Positions 12,770 to 26,745 of a DNA stretch of 64,000 bases are shown here, piece after piece; position 1 is the stretch's first letter, and every line of letters begins with the position of its first letter. The stretch comes from Mobula birostris (taxonomy: Eukaryota). A program made the position numbers and the translations under genes. The notes below the pieces were generated by a model. It saw only the letters and a program-made list of their open reading frames with translations, did not search any database and was not told where the DNA came from. The stretch is from assembly GCF_030028105.1 (NCBI RefSeq), contig NC_092398.1, positions 25,063,649 through 25,127,648 of the forward strand, written 5' to 3'.

Positions 12770-14640
12770 AGAGCGGCGTACCGCAGAGATCTGTTCTGAG
12801 CTTGGTGATTTTTATAAATAACTTGGATGGAGAAGTGGAAGGTTGGGTGACTAAGATTGCAGATGACTCGAAGGTTGGTGGAGTTGTGGAACAGTGTAGA
12901 AGCCAGAGGGTTTTTCCCTACAATAGAAATAGCTAATATGAGGGGGGTGGGGTAGCATAATTTTAGATCGATTGTGAGAAAGTATAGAGGGATGACAGAG
13001 GTAGGTTTTTTACACAGAGAGTAGATGGTGAGCGGAAGGCCGGGATGGTAATGGAGGCAAATACCTGACGGGCATTTAAGAAACATTTAGGTAGGCACAC
13101 GGTTGATAGGATAATAGAGGGCTATGTGCTAGATTGATCTTAGAGTAGGTTAATGGATCAGCACCACATTGTGGGCCAAAGAGCCTCCACTGTGCTCTAA
13201 TGGTCTATGTTTATGTTCTCATGTCCACATGGTACAGGTGTACATGGCGAGGAATACTGATGCAGTCACGGCAAATGATTTGAGGGAAAGGATGTCAGTG
13301 AGGGACCTGTCACCGACTGGGGCCACTGAAACTTTCTCTCAAATACTTCATGGGTGATTCGATTGAGAAGGACAGCTCAGATTCACAAGGACTGGAGGGA
13401 TTAAATTATGAGAAGAGATTGGATAGACTGGGATTACTTTTCCTGCAGTGAGGGAGACTGAGGAGTCACGGAGTCGTGGCTAGGGGAACAGAACCTTCGG
13501 CCCATCACAGCCACATTGAGGTGTTACCAAACTTGGCTCATCCCGTTTGTCTCCCCGATCTTCAAGATTCAAGTTTGCTGAATGCCATTGCAGAGGTAAC
13601 AGTGGGACATTGATAGGCTGCAAAACTGGGCTGAAAAGTGACAGATGGACTTCAACCCAGATAAGTGTGAGGTGGTTCATTTTGGTAGGTCAAATATGAT
13701 GACAGAATATAGCATTAATGGCAAGACTCTTGGCAGTGTAGAGGATCAGAGAGATCTTGGAGTGCGAGTCCATAGGACACACGAAGCTGCTACACAGGTT
13801 GACTTTATGGTTAAGAAAGCATATGGAGCATTAGCCTTCATCAATCGTGCGATTGAGTTTAAGAACTGAGAGGTAATATTGCAGCTATATAGGACACTGG
13901 TCACACCACACTTGGAGTACTGTGCTCAACTCTGGTCGCCTCACTACAGGAAGGACATGGAAACCATAGAAAAGGTGCAGAGGAGATTTACAAGGATGTT
14001 GCCTGAATTGGTTGAGTGAACTCGGCCTTTGCTCCTTGGAGCAGGGAGGATGAGAGGTGACCTGATAGGGGTGTCCAAGGTAATGAGAGGCACTGATCTT
14101 GTGAATAGTCAGAGGCTTTTTCCCAGGGCTGAAATGGCTAGCATGAGAGGACATAGTTTTAAGGCGCTTGTAAGAAGATACAGAGGAGATGTCAGGGGTA
14201 GGTATTTTTACACAGAGTGGTGAGTGCGTGGAATGAGCTGCCGGCGGCGGTGATGGAGATGGAAACGATAAGTTATTTTAAGAGACTCCTGGAGCGTAGA
14301 AGAATGAGGTGAGATTTGATAGAGGTATATAAAATTATGATGGGTATAGATAGAGTGAATGCAAGCAGGCTTTTTCCACTGAGGCAAGGGGAGAAAAAAC
14401 CAGAGGACATGGGTTAAGGGTGAGGGGGGAAGAGTTTAAAGGGAACATTGGAGTGGGGGGAGACTTCTTCACACAGAGAGTGGTGGGAGTGTGGAATGAG
14501 CTGCCAGACGAGGTGGTAAATGTGGGTTCTTTTTTAACATTTAAGAATAAATTGGACAGATACATGGATGGGAGGTGTATGGAGGGATATGGTCCGTGTG
14601 CAGGTCAGTGGGACTAGGCAGAAAATGGTTTGGCGCAGCC
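12770..14640 (+). mobile_element. CR1 fragments (several stacked 3' ends)
   Basis: MDFNPDKCEVVHFG, RMRGDLI and FFTQRVV motifs; (ttctatg)n-type tails near 14670-14700 and 14815-14840. Confidence 0.85.
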
Positions 14641-16299
14641 AAGAAGGGCCAAAAGACCTGTTTCTGTGCTGTAGTTTTTCTATGGTTTCTATGGTTTCTA
14701 TGGATGGATCCATGGAGCTTAGAAAAATAGAGGTCTATGGGTAAAGCCTAGGTAGTTCTAAAGTAAGAACATGTTCAGCACAGCTTTTTGGGCCAAAGGG
14801 CCTGTATTGTGCTGTAGTTTTTCTATGTTTCTATGTTTCTAAATGAGACAAAATCAAACTCGATGGGCTGAATGGCCTAATTCTGCTCCTATGGCTTATG
14901 GTCTTAAGAAGGCGGAAGTTGATCGTTTCCTGTTCGGTCAGGGCATCAAAGGATATGGTGAGAGGGCAGGTGCATGGGGTTGAGTGGGATCCCGGATGGA
15001 ATGGCAGAGCAGACTCGATGGGCTGAATGGCCTAATTCTGCTCCTGTGTCTTATGGTCTTTTGGAAATAATTGTCAGTCCAGATCTGATGCAGCACAAAA
15101 AATACACAGAAGATAAAGAACATAAATAATTCTTTAAAATATTAATAATTTAAAATAGCAGCTCAACTCTGAACTGAACTAAACTGAAGGAGAATGAGGT
15201 TGAGAGGGCAAATAAATCAGCCATGATTGAAAGGCGGAATGGCCTTGATGGGCCGAAGTTTGCTCCTATGTCTTATATATACGTATAAAAAATACAAAGC
15301 AAATTTATTACCAAATTACACAGATGTCACCGTACAAAACTCTGAGATTCCTTTTCTTGCGGGCATACTCAGTAAATCTAAGGACCGAAATAGAATCAAT
15401 GGAAGACCACACCCAACAGGGCGGACAAACGACTGATGTGCAAAGGACACGGATCTATGCAAATATAAAACAAAGAAGTAATAATAGTTAATAAAGAAGC
15501 AATAAATATCGAGAACTGAGATGACAAGTCCTTGAAAGTGAGTCCATAGGTTGCGGGAACATTACAGTGATGGGGTGACTGAAGTTATCCCCTTTGGTTC
15601 TAGAGTCTGATGATTGAGGGGTAATAGCTGTTCCTGAACCTGGTGGTGTGGGTGCTGAGCTGCCTGTACCTTCTTCCTGATGGCAGCAGTGAGAAGAGAG
15701 TGTGGACTGGCTGGTGGGGGACCCTGATGATGGATGCTGCTTTCCTGCTACAGCCCTCTGTGTAGATGTAATGGAAGAGTATAGAAACTCAGATACACAC
15801 ACACACACAACCACAGATAAATATATAACAGGAAATTTCATAGCGTACTGCACGTCAGTGATAGTAATTCTGATCCTGATTCTAAACTGATTAGACATTC
15901 TGAATTTCCCCTCCATCGCTGAGCCCAACACTGGATGGAGTCAAGTTACGAGGTTTCGCTGACAGCCTGGACCGTGGCCAAGGCGTGAACAAACAGCCCA
16001 AGGTAACCTGAACAATTTTGTTGTTGTGCATGGGACCGTCATGCCCCTGAAAAGAAACCCCCACCCCCACAGGCTCGGGTATCATCGAGGTGCCGTTTGG
16101 TGTCAGAGTCTTCCCCCACCGGCGAAAAGAATCAGAATCATAATCAGGTTTAATATCACCGGCATATGTTGTGAAAATTTGTTGTTATGCGGCAGCAGTA
16201 CAATGCAGTACATAGTATTTAAAACCATAAATTATAATAAGTATGCATAAAAAATAAATATGTGTAGTGCAAAAAGTGAGGAGAAAATGCTGAGGTAGT

Positions 16300-18760
16300 G
16301 TTTATGGTTACAACGTCCATTCAGAAATCTGATGGCAGAGGGGAAGAAGCTGTTTCTGAATCATTCAGTGGGTGCCTTCATGTCCCTGCACCTCCTCCCT
16401 GTTGGTAGCAGTGAGAAGAGGGCATGTTCTGGGTGTTGGTGGTCCATGGTGATGGATGCCGACTTGTTGAGGCGTCACATTTAGAAGCTGTCCTGGGTGC
16501 CTGGATGCCAGAGAGGCTCGTGCCCATGATGGAGTTGGCTGAGTTTTTCCTGCTCCTGTGCAGTGGCAGCCCCACACCAGACGGTGATGCATGCTCTCCA
16601 TGGTACCAGTGTAGGAACGTACGATCGTCTTTGGTGACATACCAGACCTCCTCAAACTCTGAATGAAACATAGCCACTGTTGTGCTTTCTCTGTAACTGT
16701 ATATTGGGCCCAGGATAGACCTTTGGAGTGTTGACTGATCATTTCCACGGATCCTGCCCGACCTGCTGAGTTCCTCCAGCGTGTTGTGAGTGTTGCTTTG
16801 ACCCCAGCATCTGCACAGAATTTTGTGTTGACCCTCGGAGATGTTGGCACACAGAAACTTGAATCTGCTTACCCTTTCCATTTCTGATCCCTCGATGAGG
16901 ACTAGTGTGTGTTCCATTGACTTCACCTCCCTGAACTCCACAATCAATTCCTTGGTCTTACTGACACTGTGACCAAGTTGAGTGACCACTGTGACCACTC
17001 AACCAGCTGATCTACCCCACTCCTGTACATCTCCTTGTCACTAAGTTATACTCTGCCAGCACTAGTTGTGCTGTCGGCAAATTTACAGATAGCAGTTGGG
17101 CTGTGCCTAGGCGCACAGTCATGGGTGTAGAGAGAGTAGAGCAGTTATTTTAGATTATGAGGACACTCAGTCTTTGTTTATTGTCATTTTGAAATGCATG
17201 CATTAAAAAATGATACAACGTTCCTCCAGAATGATATCACAAGAAAAACACAGGACAAACCAAGACTAAAATTGACAAAACTGCATAATTATCACATATA
17301 GTTACAACAGTGCAAAGCAATACCATAATTTGATAAAGAGCAGACCATGGGCACGGTAAAAAAAAAAGTCTCAAAGTCCCGATAGACTCATCATCCCACG
17401 CAGGCGGCAGAAGGGAGGAACTCTCTGCATCATGAACCTCCAAGTGCCGCCAACTCGCCAATGCAGCACGATTGGAAGCACCTGACCGCAGCGGACTTCG
17501 AAAACTTCGAGCCTCTGACCAGCACCTTCGACACAGCCTCTCTGAGCATCATCCTCTGCTGAGCGCTTCGACCCTGCCCCAGCTGCCAAGCAACAAGCAA
17601 AGCCAAGGACTCGAGGCCTTCTCCTCCGGAGATTCTGGACCACACAGTAGTAGCAGCAGCAAAGCAGGCATTTCAGAAGTTTCACCAGATGCTCCTCTGT
17701 GCTCTCACGTCCGTCTCCATCAAATCAGGATTGTACACGGCACCCTACTTGACAAATGACAGACGTCACCACCGGAGTAGCCGCTGCGAGCTGCGTCGCA
17801 CCGCCATCTTCCCACCAGGAAGTTGGCTAGTTGGCTAAGCACAGATCCCTGAGGTGCCCCAGTGCTGATTGTCGTGAGGTGGAGATGTTATTTCCAATCC
17901 GTACAGACTGTGGTCTCCCAGTGAGGAAGGCAAGGATCCATTTGCAGAGGGAGGTACAGAGGCCCAGGTTTTGGAGCTTGTTGATTAATACTATGATGGC
18001 TTTGAACGCTGGGATGCTGTCAAAGAAGCAGCAGCCAGACGTACGCATTACTATTGTCCAGGTGATCTAAGGCCAAGTGGAGAGTCAGTGAGATCGCATC
18101 TGCTGTAGACCTATTGTGGCAATAGGCAAGTTGCAATGGGTTCAGGTCCTTGCTTAGGCAGGAGTTGATCCTAGCTATGACCAACCTCTCAAAGTACTTT
18201 ATTTCTGTAGACGTGAGTGCTACTTGGAGATAGTCACTGAAGCAGCCCACCCTACTCTTCTTGGGTACTAGTGTGATTGTCACCCTTTTGAAGCAGGTGG
18301 AAAGCTCCGACTGCGGCAGTGAGAGATTGAACACTCCCGCTCGTTGGCTGGGATGGGTTTTCTGTGCCTTACCGGGAACTCTATAAGGTCTGACGCCTTG
18401 AAAGATGTTCTGACCTCAGTCCCCGAGACAGGGATCACGGAGTCACTGGATGCTGCCGGGATTTGCACAGGTGTAGTTTTATTCTCTCTTCCTAAAGGGC
18501 GTTGAGCTCTTCTGAGAGTGAATCATCACCGCCATTCATCATATTAAGTTTTGCTTTGTAGGAAGAAATGGCTTGCAAACCCTGCCAGAGTTAACATGCA
18601 TCTGATTCAGGCTCTAACCTCAATCGAAATTGTTTTTAACGCTCTTAAGATAGCCTTCCTTAGTTCGTCTCTGGACTCGTTTCATAGTTCTGGATTATTG
18701 GTCTTGAATGCCAGAGATCTAATCCTCAACAGACTAAGAATATCCTAGATTCCTAGATGT
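16300..18760 (-). mobile_element. Rex1/Babar-type LINE relic split by a non-autonomous element at 17148-17815
   Basis: ORFs 18020-18334 (KYFERLV...NPLQLAY...NRSTADAI) and 16378-16998 (VSKTKELIVEFR, FKFL) are Rex1/Babar RT motifs. Confidence 0.8.
17148..17815 (-). mobile_element. Copy B of the ~630-bp family
   Basis: Reverse complement of copy A termini; splits a Rex relic. Confidence 0.78.
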
Positions 18761-18994
18761 TGGTGATGCCAAGGAAGTTGGTTTTGAGAGTTTTATGGGG
18801 TGGGGGTGGGTGTCTCTGTCCTTCTAGGATGTTTGGAGGGCTCTCTGGATGTTGCAGGCCCCAGGGATTGGATGGGGGAAGGGGCCTGGCCCATACTTGG
18901 AGATCCAGCCCAATCTGTGTCAAGTTTCCAGGATTGTTTGGCTGGAATCTGTGGCATCCTGCAGCCAATCTGTATTTAGTCCGTGGTCAGATTG

Positions 18995-19128
18995 TCTTCA
19001 GCTGTAGTCAGTGTGTAGGGAATCTGTGCTTAGTCTATGGTCAGTCTGTGCTTAGTCTGTGGTCAATCCGTGGTCAGTCTGTGTTCAGTCTGTGGTCAGT
19101 CTGTGCTTAGTCTGTGGTCAGTCTGTGG
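18995..19128. repeat. 11/22-nt tandem repeat (agtctgtggtc/agtctgtgctt)
   Basis: Direct tandem copies. Confidence 0.8.
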
Positions 19129-22100
19129 CTGTAACGTGGCCCAGGAGATGACTGGGTTGTGACTCACACCAAATCTCTTAGGCCTAAGCCAGGGCGGTAC
19201 AATGCAGAGAGCAAGCTGTCGCCCATGCAGCCAGCTCCGCCTCTCCACGCATCTGATGAATCCAAAGGAACGGCAGAGACCGATACTGTTTGGCACCAGT
19301 GGTGTCTCAGGAGTTTCCAGTCAGCGTTGACTCAACTTTGGACTGCCTTAGGGACTCCAGTTCTGGATTTTTCTTCGAGGTTTACTCCCGAAGCCTTCCC
19401 CATGATTGGGGATAGCCTCAAGGCAGCAGAGGTTGGAGATCAGGGTTTTCCTTCTCCGAGGTGGGCTGCTGACCACGGCAGATAAGCCCCATCTGCTTGA
19501 AGGGACCAGTTTTAAGGCACCAGTAACCCACCTTTTCCCCTTCTCCTGTCAGTGAAACAGTTCAACTGGGCTTAGTAGGTAAGTCACACGTGAAGGAGCT
19601 GGACTTGGTTGTCAGAGGCTCTTTGAGATGCATGCCACTGGAAGCATTTAAAAGGTAGTGGGAGTTTATCCCCATTACCATTCCCAGCTATAATAAACTT
19701 AATAAACCAATAACTTAATGAAACACTATGTATAAGCAGACAAACACTGTCAAACCAATTTGTAGAAAAGACAAATTGTGTATAAAAAGATTATTGAGAA
19801 CCTGAGTTGTAGAGACCTTGAAAGTGAGTCCATAGGTTGTGGAACTATTTCAGTGCTGGCGTCAGGGAAGCTATCCACGTTGATTCAGGAGCCTGATGGT
19901 TGAGGGGCAATAACTGTTCCTGAACCTGGTGGTGTGGGAGCTGAGGCTCCTGCGCCTCCAGCCCAATGGCAGCAGTGAGAAGAGAGCACGGCCTGGGTAG
20001 TGGGGTCCTTGATGAGGGATGCTGCAGTCTGTGGTAGCTCTCCTTGTAGACGTGCTCGATTGTGGTAATGGCCTGTTCCCGTGAGGTATAACTCTGTAAC
20101 CTGATCTTCAACCTGACCTTCTTTTAGAGGCCTGGCGGAACTACACCAGCCCCAGGCGGTGCTGGTTTTGCTAGTTCTACTGGCATTGAGATGCCTTTCC
20201 GAGCTGGCACTTGCCACCCGGATGTTGGCAACCACAGTTAAGTTGGACCACAAGCCTCCATCTGGGGCCATGTGTGACCCTGTACAAAAATACCTCGTCA
20301 ACTCTACCTAACTCAGTACCTCACAGGCAAACTCCTCTCCACCATCGGGAATATCTAGAGAAACCACTGCCTCAAAGAGGCAACATCCGAGGATCAACTT
20401 GAGGCACCATCTACGTTGATATGGATAGGAATTTGCTGTGGTCAGGGTGTGTCATGCAACAGAAAACAAGAATGATATAGAATAAAGAATTATATAAAAT
20501 ATAAATTTCAAGGTTAAAGTACAGATTTGGTACAAAATGTGCATAAATACAGAAATAGGAGCATATAAACATTTATAAAAAGTGGTTTGAAGTGTTTACA
20601 GTGCAGTGATGAAGGTAATAGATAGAAGGGGTGGGGGAGGTCGCTAGATTGGCTGATCAGATTAACTGCCTGGGGGAAGAAACTTTAAAATGGCATTAAG
20701 CTTTTGTTTTAATAGCCCCCTAGTGCTTTCCAGAAGGGAGTTTTTGAAAAATGCAGTTTGCTGGGTGGGTAGTGGCCGTAATGATTTTTCCTGCCCACTA
20801 CTTTGTCCAGGACACATACAAGTCCAGTAGTGATAGTAGACTGCAGTCAATAAACTTTTTTTGCAGACCTGACAATTCACTCTCTCCATTGTCAAATATC
20901 CCCACCATCCGGGCCATGCCATTTTCTGACTGCGACTGTGGACAGGAGATTCGGAATCAGATTCAGACTGATTTATGCATCGCATGTAGATCAAAACAAG
21001 TCACGGTTCTCACTGAACAGTGGCCAAGTTTCGGAGCTCCGAGTCCCCGGAATATAGTTGGCTGCAACTGTCCCTGACTCAGACTGCCAATTATTGCCTG
21101 CCACATTTCTGTACGGCCTCGTGCTGAGCACTCTGTGCTCAATCATAGGAGTTCCATTTCTGTGCTTTCGCCTTTGGAGTTTGTTTGTGTCGTCTTGGTT
21201 ATTTCGAGTCTGTCTAAGTCTGAGTCTATGTGTATTCTAGACAGCACTCTGCACCTGTGTTCACCACCGTTCATTGCTCTCTTGTTATAGCAACATACAG
21301 TGAAGCTCGCCATTTGTATTAACAAACAACACAACCTAAAGATGTGCCTGTGAGGGGCAGCCTGCAAGTGTCGCCACATATCCTGGCACCAACATTGCGT
21401 GGTCTCAATGTTCAGCAGACCAACACAAGCAATGACGATGACAGCGACGCAAAGCCCTATCCTCTCTTCCACCCACCCACACAAACAGGCCTCCAATCCC
21501 AGGACAGGACGCCTCTGGTGTATTTGCTAACATCAGGCCTTTGACTTCCAGACCTGCCAACCCAGGGCGTCAAACATCAGAACGAGACTTTGGAACTCGA
21601 TGACTTCGGTCTTTGACCTATGGGTTCCCATTCTGCGGTATTCAACTCCACGGGACCCCGAACTCCAGGCCTTGAACCCTGGACTCGTACGAGCCTCCAA
21701 CTGATAGAAGGAGGTGGGAGGGTGTAGAAGTTTGAAGTCCCATGTCACCTGGTTCAGGAACAGGACCTTCACTTCAAACACGTGTTCTCAAACCTGCCGA
21801 CAAAATCCCAATCTTGAGAGTTGAACGAACTCTCACCATTTTGCGCTAAAATAGTCTTTGTTTTGTTATTCTGTTCTTTCTTGTAAAAATAGTGTGCGAT
21901 TTATGTTTTTCTGGTAAACGCTGCTTATGTGACATTATTTCATTATCTTTCATTTCCTGAGTGCGCATGTGTACTTGTGCAGATGACAGTAAACTGGAAT
22001 TTGATGTCCCTTTGAGTGCAGATCCAACCATTCCTCATATATCAAAGTTCAAAGTTAATTTATTATCAAAGTACGTATATGTCACCATATATTTCCCTGA

Positions 22101-23896
22101 GATTCATTTTCTTGTGGGCATTCACAGCAGAAGAGAGAAATACATTAGAATCAATGAAAAACTACAGACAAAGACTGACAGACAAACAATCTGCAAAAGA
22201 AGACAGACTGTGCAAATACATACAAAAAAAACAAATAATAATAGAAACATTGAAAACCTACAGCACAATACAGGCCCTTCAGCCCACAATGCTGTGCCTA
22301 ACATGTACCTACTTTAGATATTACCTAGGGTTACCCATAGCCCTTGATTTTTCTAAGCTCCGTGTACCCCCAGGAACCTCTTAAAAGACCCTATTGTATC
22401 TGCCTCCTCTACCATCGCCAGCAGCCTATTCCACACACCACCACTCTTTGTAAAAAAATTTACCCCTGACATCTCCTCTGTATCTAATTCCAAAAACCTT
22501 AAAACTGTGCCCTCTCATGTTACCCGTAATAAAGGTCGAGGACCTCTTATCTGAAATTCCAGTATCTGAAACCGCTGAAATCCAGATTTTTTTGAGCGCT
22601 GACATGATGTCACGGATGGAAAGTTCCACGAGGCAGAGGGAAGGTGCCCAGACAATGCGCAGGTCTCTGCACACCACAGGCAGCTCTGAGAAGGGACCTC
22701 ACATATGTGATGATCCGAAGTTAATGAAAAATAGAAAACACTGCTTAAAGTGAAAAATGAAGATGTCGAACTTTGCAAGCATATTCGTCCTGAAATGCAG
22801 AGATTAGAACTGTACACAGTGCAACACATGCAAAGTGGTGGAGGAACTCAGCAAGTTAGTCAGAATCTATAGTGGTAGCAGGCAACAGGGGATCATGGGT
22901 TTGCGCCTTTGGTGGACTCCAGGGCGGGAAGATTTGAAGATCTAGCTGTGGCCCGTGCAGCAGGTTCCCCCTCTCCACATCACTGATGTAGTCCAAGGGA
23001 AGGGCAAGCACTGATACAGCTTGGCACCAGTGTCATCGCAGAGGTTGCCAGAGTGAAGTTGTAAACAACATCAAACTGCCTTAAGGACCCCGGTTCCAGA
23101 TCTTTTCCTCAGGGTTTACTCCCTAAGCCTTTCCCATAGATGAGTATGGCCGCAAGGCAGCGGAGGTTTCCAATCTCCTAGATGGGCTGCCGTCCAAGGC
23201 TAAGGAACCCCGCCTGCGCGAGTCAGAAACTATAGGGGAGGATACAGAGTCGACGTTTCAGACCCAGACACTTTGTCAGGACTGGAAAGGAATGTGGGAG
23301 TGGGGGGTGTTATTTGCAGAATCCAGAATAAGAAGGCATGTGGAGGGGAAGAAGTACAAGCTGGAAGGTGATAGGTGGGACCAGGTGAGGGGGGTGAAGT
23401 AAGAAGCTGGGGAGGTGATAAAGGGCTGAAGAAGAGGGAATCTGATAGGGGAGGATCATGGGAGAAAGGGAAAGAGGAGGGGCACCAGAATAGGTGATGG
23501 GTAGGTAAGGATAAGAGGTAAGAGGGGAACCAGATTGAGGAATGAAAAAAGAGAATTGAGTTGAATTGACTTTATTTCTTACGTCCTTCACATACATGAG
23601 GAGTAAAAATCTTTACCTTACATCTCCATTTAAGCGTGCAATGTGCAATCATAGTAATTTATAATAATTTATAATAAATAGAACAGTCAATGTAATATAG
23701 AGTACACTCAAATCAGCGTGAATTCATCAGTCCGATGGCCTGGTGGAAGAAGAGTGGAAGGAAGGGAGGGGAAGAAATGATTGAAAGTTAGAGAAATCGA
23801 TGTTCATTCTCCCAGTTTAAAGGAGATGGCAGGACAAGAATTTAGTAAGACACAAGAATTTAGTAAGACACAATGATGGTTGCTTGAAACGGGCTG

Positions 23897-24115
23897 TCAT
23901 AGGTGGTGATGAGGTGAGGGCTGCCATGGGTAGTGTTGGGGGTGAGGGGTGCCAAGGATGGTAATGGGGTGAGTGGTGCCATGGGTGGTGATGGGGGTGA
24001 GGGGTCCGATGGATGGTGATGGGGGTGAGGGGTCCCATGGATGGTGATGGGAGTGAGGGGTGGGATGCCATGGGTGGTGATGGGGGTGAGGGGTGCCATG
24101 GGTGGTGATGGAGGG
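23897..24115. repeat. G-rich tandem repeat, ~28-nt unit (ggtggtgatgggggtgaggggtgccatg)
   Basis: About 7-8 degenerate copies. Confidence 0.85.
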
Positions 24116-24649
24116 CACTAATGAGGCATTTAAACGAGGAGCCTGAATTCGAAATGGAAAAACAGGGGGTGGGTGTAGAATTACCAGAAGTTAGAGAAAT
24201 CGATGCTCATGCCACCAGGTTGGAAGCTACCCAATTGGAAAATGGGGTATTGCTCCTCTAATCTGAGGGTGCCTCATCATGGCAGTAGTGGAGGCTATGG
24301 GCAGACATGCCGGAATGGGAATGGGAAGTCGGAATGAAATGAGTGATGGGAAATCCTAGCTCCCAGTGACAATCCATTTCAATTCAACTTTGTAACGTCA
24401 CTGTTTATTCCCCTCCATAGATGTGGCCTGAGCTGCTGAGGTCCACCAGCATTTTTCCATGTGCTGCACTGGATTTTGAGCTTCTGCAGAACCTCTTGTG
24501 TTTGTGCTGTACTCAGTAATCCGCGTGTCCTTTAAAACTTTCATCCATACACCCCCAATTTCATACACCCAATAAGGACCAATATTCCAATAGACGTTGC
24601 AATTATTTGCCGTACCTCTAACTTACTTTTTAAAAAGTTTCACATGCTG

Positions 24650-25195
24650 CGCTCAGTATCTATTTTATTAGGTACGTCTCTACACCGACTTGTTAATGGT
24701 AATATCTAATCAGCCAATAGTGTGGCAGCAACTCAATGCATAAAAGCATGCTGACATGGTCAAGAGGATTAGTTGTTCAGACCGAACATCAGAACAGGGG
24801 AAGAAATGTGATCTGTGACTTTGACCGTGGAATGATTGTTGGTGCCAGATGGGCGGGGGTGTGGTTTGAGTATCTCAGAAACTGCTGATCTCTTGGGATT
24901 TTCATACACAGCAGTCTCTGTTTTACTGAGATTGGCGTGGAAATCAAAGCAAAATGAAAAAATAAATCCAGTAAGATTTAGTTCTGTGGGCAAAAATGAG
25001 CAAGGCCAGGGGAGAGTGGCAAGACTGATTAAAGCTGACAGTAACTCAACTGTTTTGTGCAGAAGTGCATCTCTGAATGCACAACACATTGAACCTTGAA
25101 CTGGATGGGCTACAGCAGCAGAAGACCATGAACATACACTCAGTGGCCACTTTACTAGGTACAGGAGGTATCTAATAAAGTGGCCACTGAGTATA
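24650..25195 (+). mobile_element. Tc1-derived non-autonomous element with terminal inverted TIR pair
   Basis: LSISETADLLGFS translation in ORF 24836-25099; TIR in forward (25135-25162) and reverse (25168-25195) orientation. Related pieces at ~41050-41465, ~45825-45900 and ~49380-49550. Confidence 0.8.
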
Positions 25196-25934
25196 TTTAT
25201 CTACCCTCTACAAAACATTGGCTGGACCACACTTGGAATATTGTGTTCAGTTCTGGTCGCCTCATTATAGGAAGGATGTGGAAGATTTAGAGAGGGTGCA
25301 GAGGAGATTTACCAGGATGCTGCCTTGCCCAGGTAGATTGAGCGAGCTAGGACGTTTTGGAGTTAAAGAGGATCAGACGTGACTTGATAGAGGTGTGCAA
25401 TGTGATAAGACAGGCTGCAGTTTTCTCCCAGGGTGGAAATAGATAATACAAGGGGGCAAAATTTTAAAAGTGATTGGAAGAAAGTATTCTTTATACAGTA
25501 TGATGCGTGTATGGAACACACTGCCAGGGGTGGTGATAGAGGCAGATACATTTGGGACATTTAAGAAACTCTGAGGCAGGCACATGGATGACTGGAAAAA
25601 TGTAGGGCTCTGTAGGAGAGAAGGGTTAGATTGATCTTGGAGTTGGTTCAATGGCCAGTACAATTTAGCGGGCTGAATGGGCAGTACTGTTCTTTAATCG
25701 ATCCTACGCCACCTGCCAATGTCCTATCCACACATTTAACCTGTCATCGGCACGGCGTGCGGCTGAAGGGGAACAATGGACGAATTCACAACACAAGGGC
25801 CGTCACAAGATCTTGGCGGCTCTGTACGCGGAGTTTTTAATATCTGCTTGTCGGTGTGTTTGTGAGGTCACTGTGTTTTTAATAAGGAAGTGGATTTACA
25901 TTTCAGCCTTGTTCGCTGGAGACGGCGAGGCAGC

Positions 25935-26021
25935 GGGGACTTTCTGTAGCCACAAGGAAGCTTCACAGCGGGACGTGAGCCAGGGACACGATCAATTACA
26001 AACGTGGTGATAACTGATTGG
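25935..26021 (+). promoter_or_regulatory. NF-kB-like site plus MHC S-X-Y-like module
   Basis: GGGGACTTTC at 25935-25944, S-like GAAGCTT at 25957-25963, X1-like GCCAGGGACACGATC at 25979-25993, then exactly 20 nt, then a perfect Y box CTGATTGG at 26014-26021. ETS core AGGAAGTG at 25885-25892. Lies in unique CpG-rich DNA. Confidence 0.4.
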
Positions 26022-26199
26022 CGTTGAAATAAGGTCGCGGAGGAGGATACTGATTAATGGCGTGCCTGTAATTTCGCAAGGGGATGAAATTTCAAGCAGG
26101 AATTTACAGGGCGGAACAGCCAAGGAAAACAAAGAAAGCTTCTTAGAGATGTTAGTCATTTAGTTCATTATAATCTATGCAGGCTCTCTCCGCTCCCTC

Positions 26200-26745
26200 C
26201 GCACCATCCCGACAGGGGCTCCCGGGGTCAAACGCAGAGTGAAGCTCCCTCCACACCGTCCCATCACACACTCCCGAGGTCACACAGAATGAAGCTCCCT
26301 CCACACCGACTCATCACACACTACCGGGGTCAGACACAGAGTGAAGCTCCCTCCACAGCATCCCATTACACACTCCCGGGGGTCAGACGCAGAGTGAAGC
26401 TCCCTCTACACTGTCCCATCACACACTCCTGGGGTCAGACACAGAGTGAAGCTCCCTCCACACCGTCCCATCACACACTGTCGGGGTCAGACACAGAGTG
26501 AAGCTCCCTCTACACTGTCCCATCACACACTCCCGGGGTCAGACGGGGTGGAACTCCTCCATACCGTCTCATCACACACTCCCGGGGTCAGACACAGAGT
26601 GTAACTCCCTCCGCACCGTTCCATCACACACTCCCGGGGTCAGACACAGAGTGAAGCTCCCTCCACACTGTCCTATCAATCATGCCTGGGTTCAGACCCA
26701 GAGTAAATTTCCCTCTGCACCGTTCCATCACACACTCCCGGGGCC
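26200..26745. repeat. Tandem repeat, ~52-nt unit (agagtgaagctccctccacaccgtcccatcacacactcccggggtcagacac)
   Basis: About 10 degenerate copies; the same unit occurs at ~33720-33900 (reverse) and ~34430-34530. Confidence 0.92.

Noticed and set aside
23817-24118. His/Pro/Thr-rich ORFs
   Set aside because: Translations of a 28-nt tandem repeat.
26200-26745. CRISPR-like regular repeats
   Set aside because: Whole units repeat with no unique spacers, there are no cas genes, and the context is a vertebrate TE landscape.
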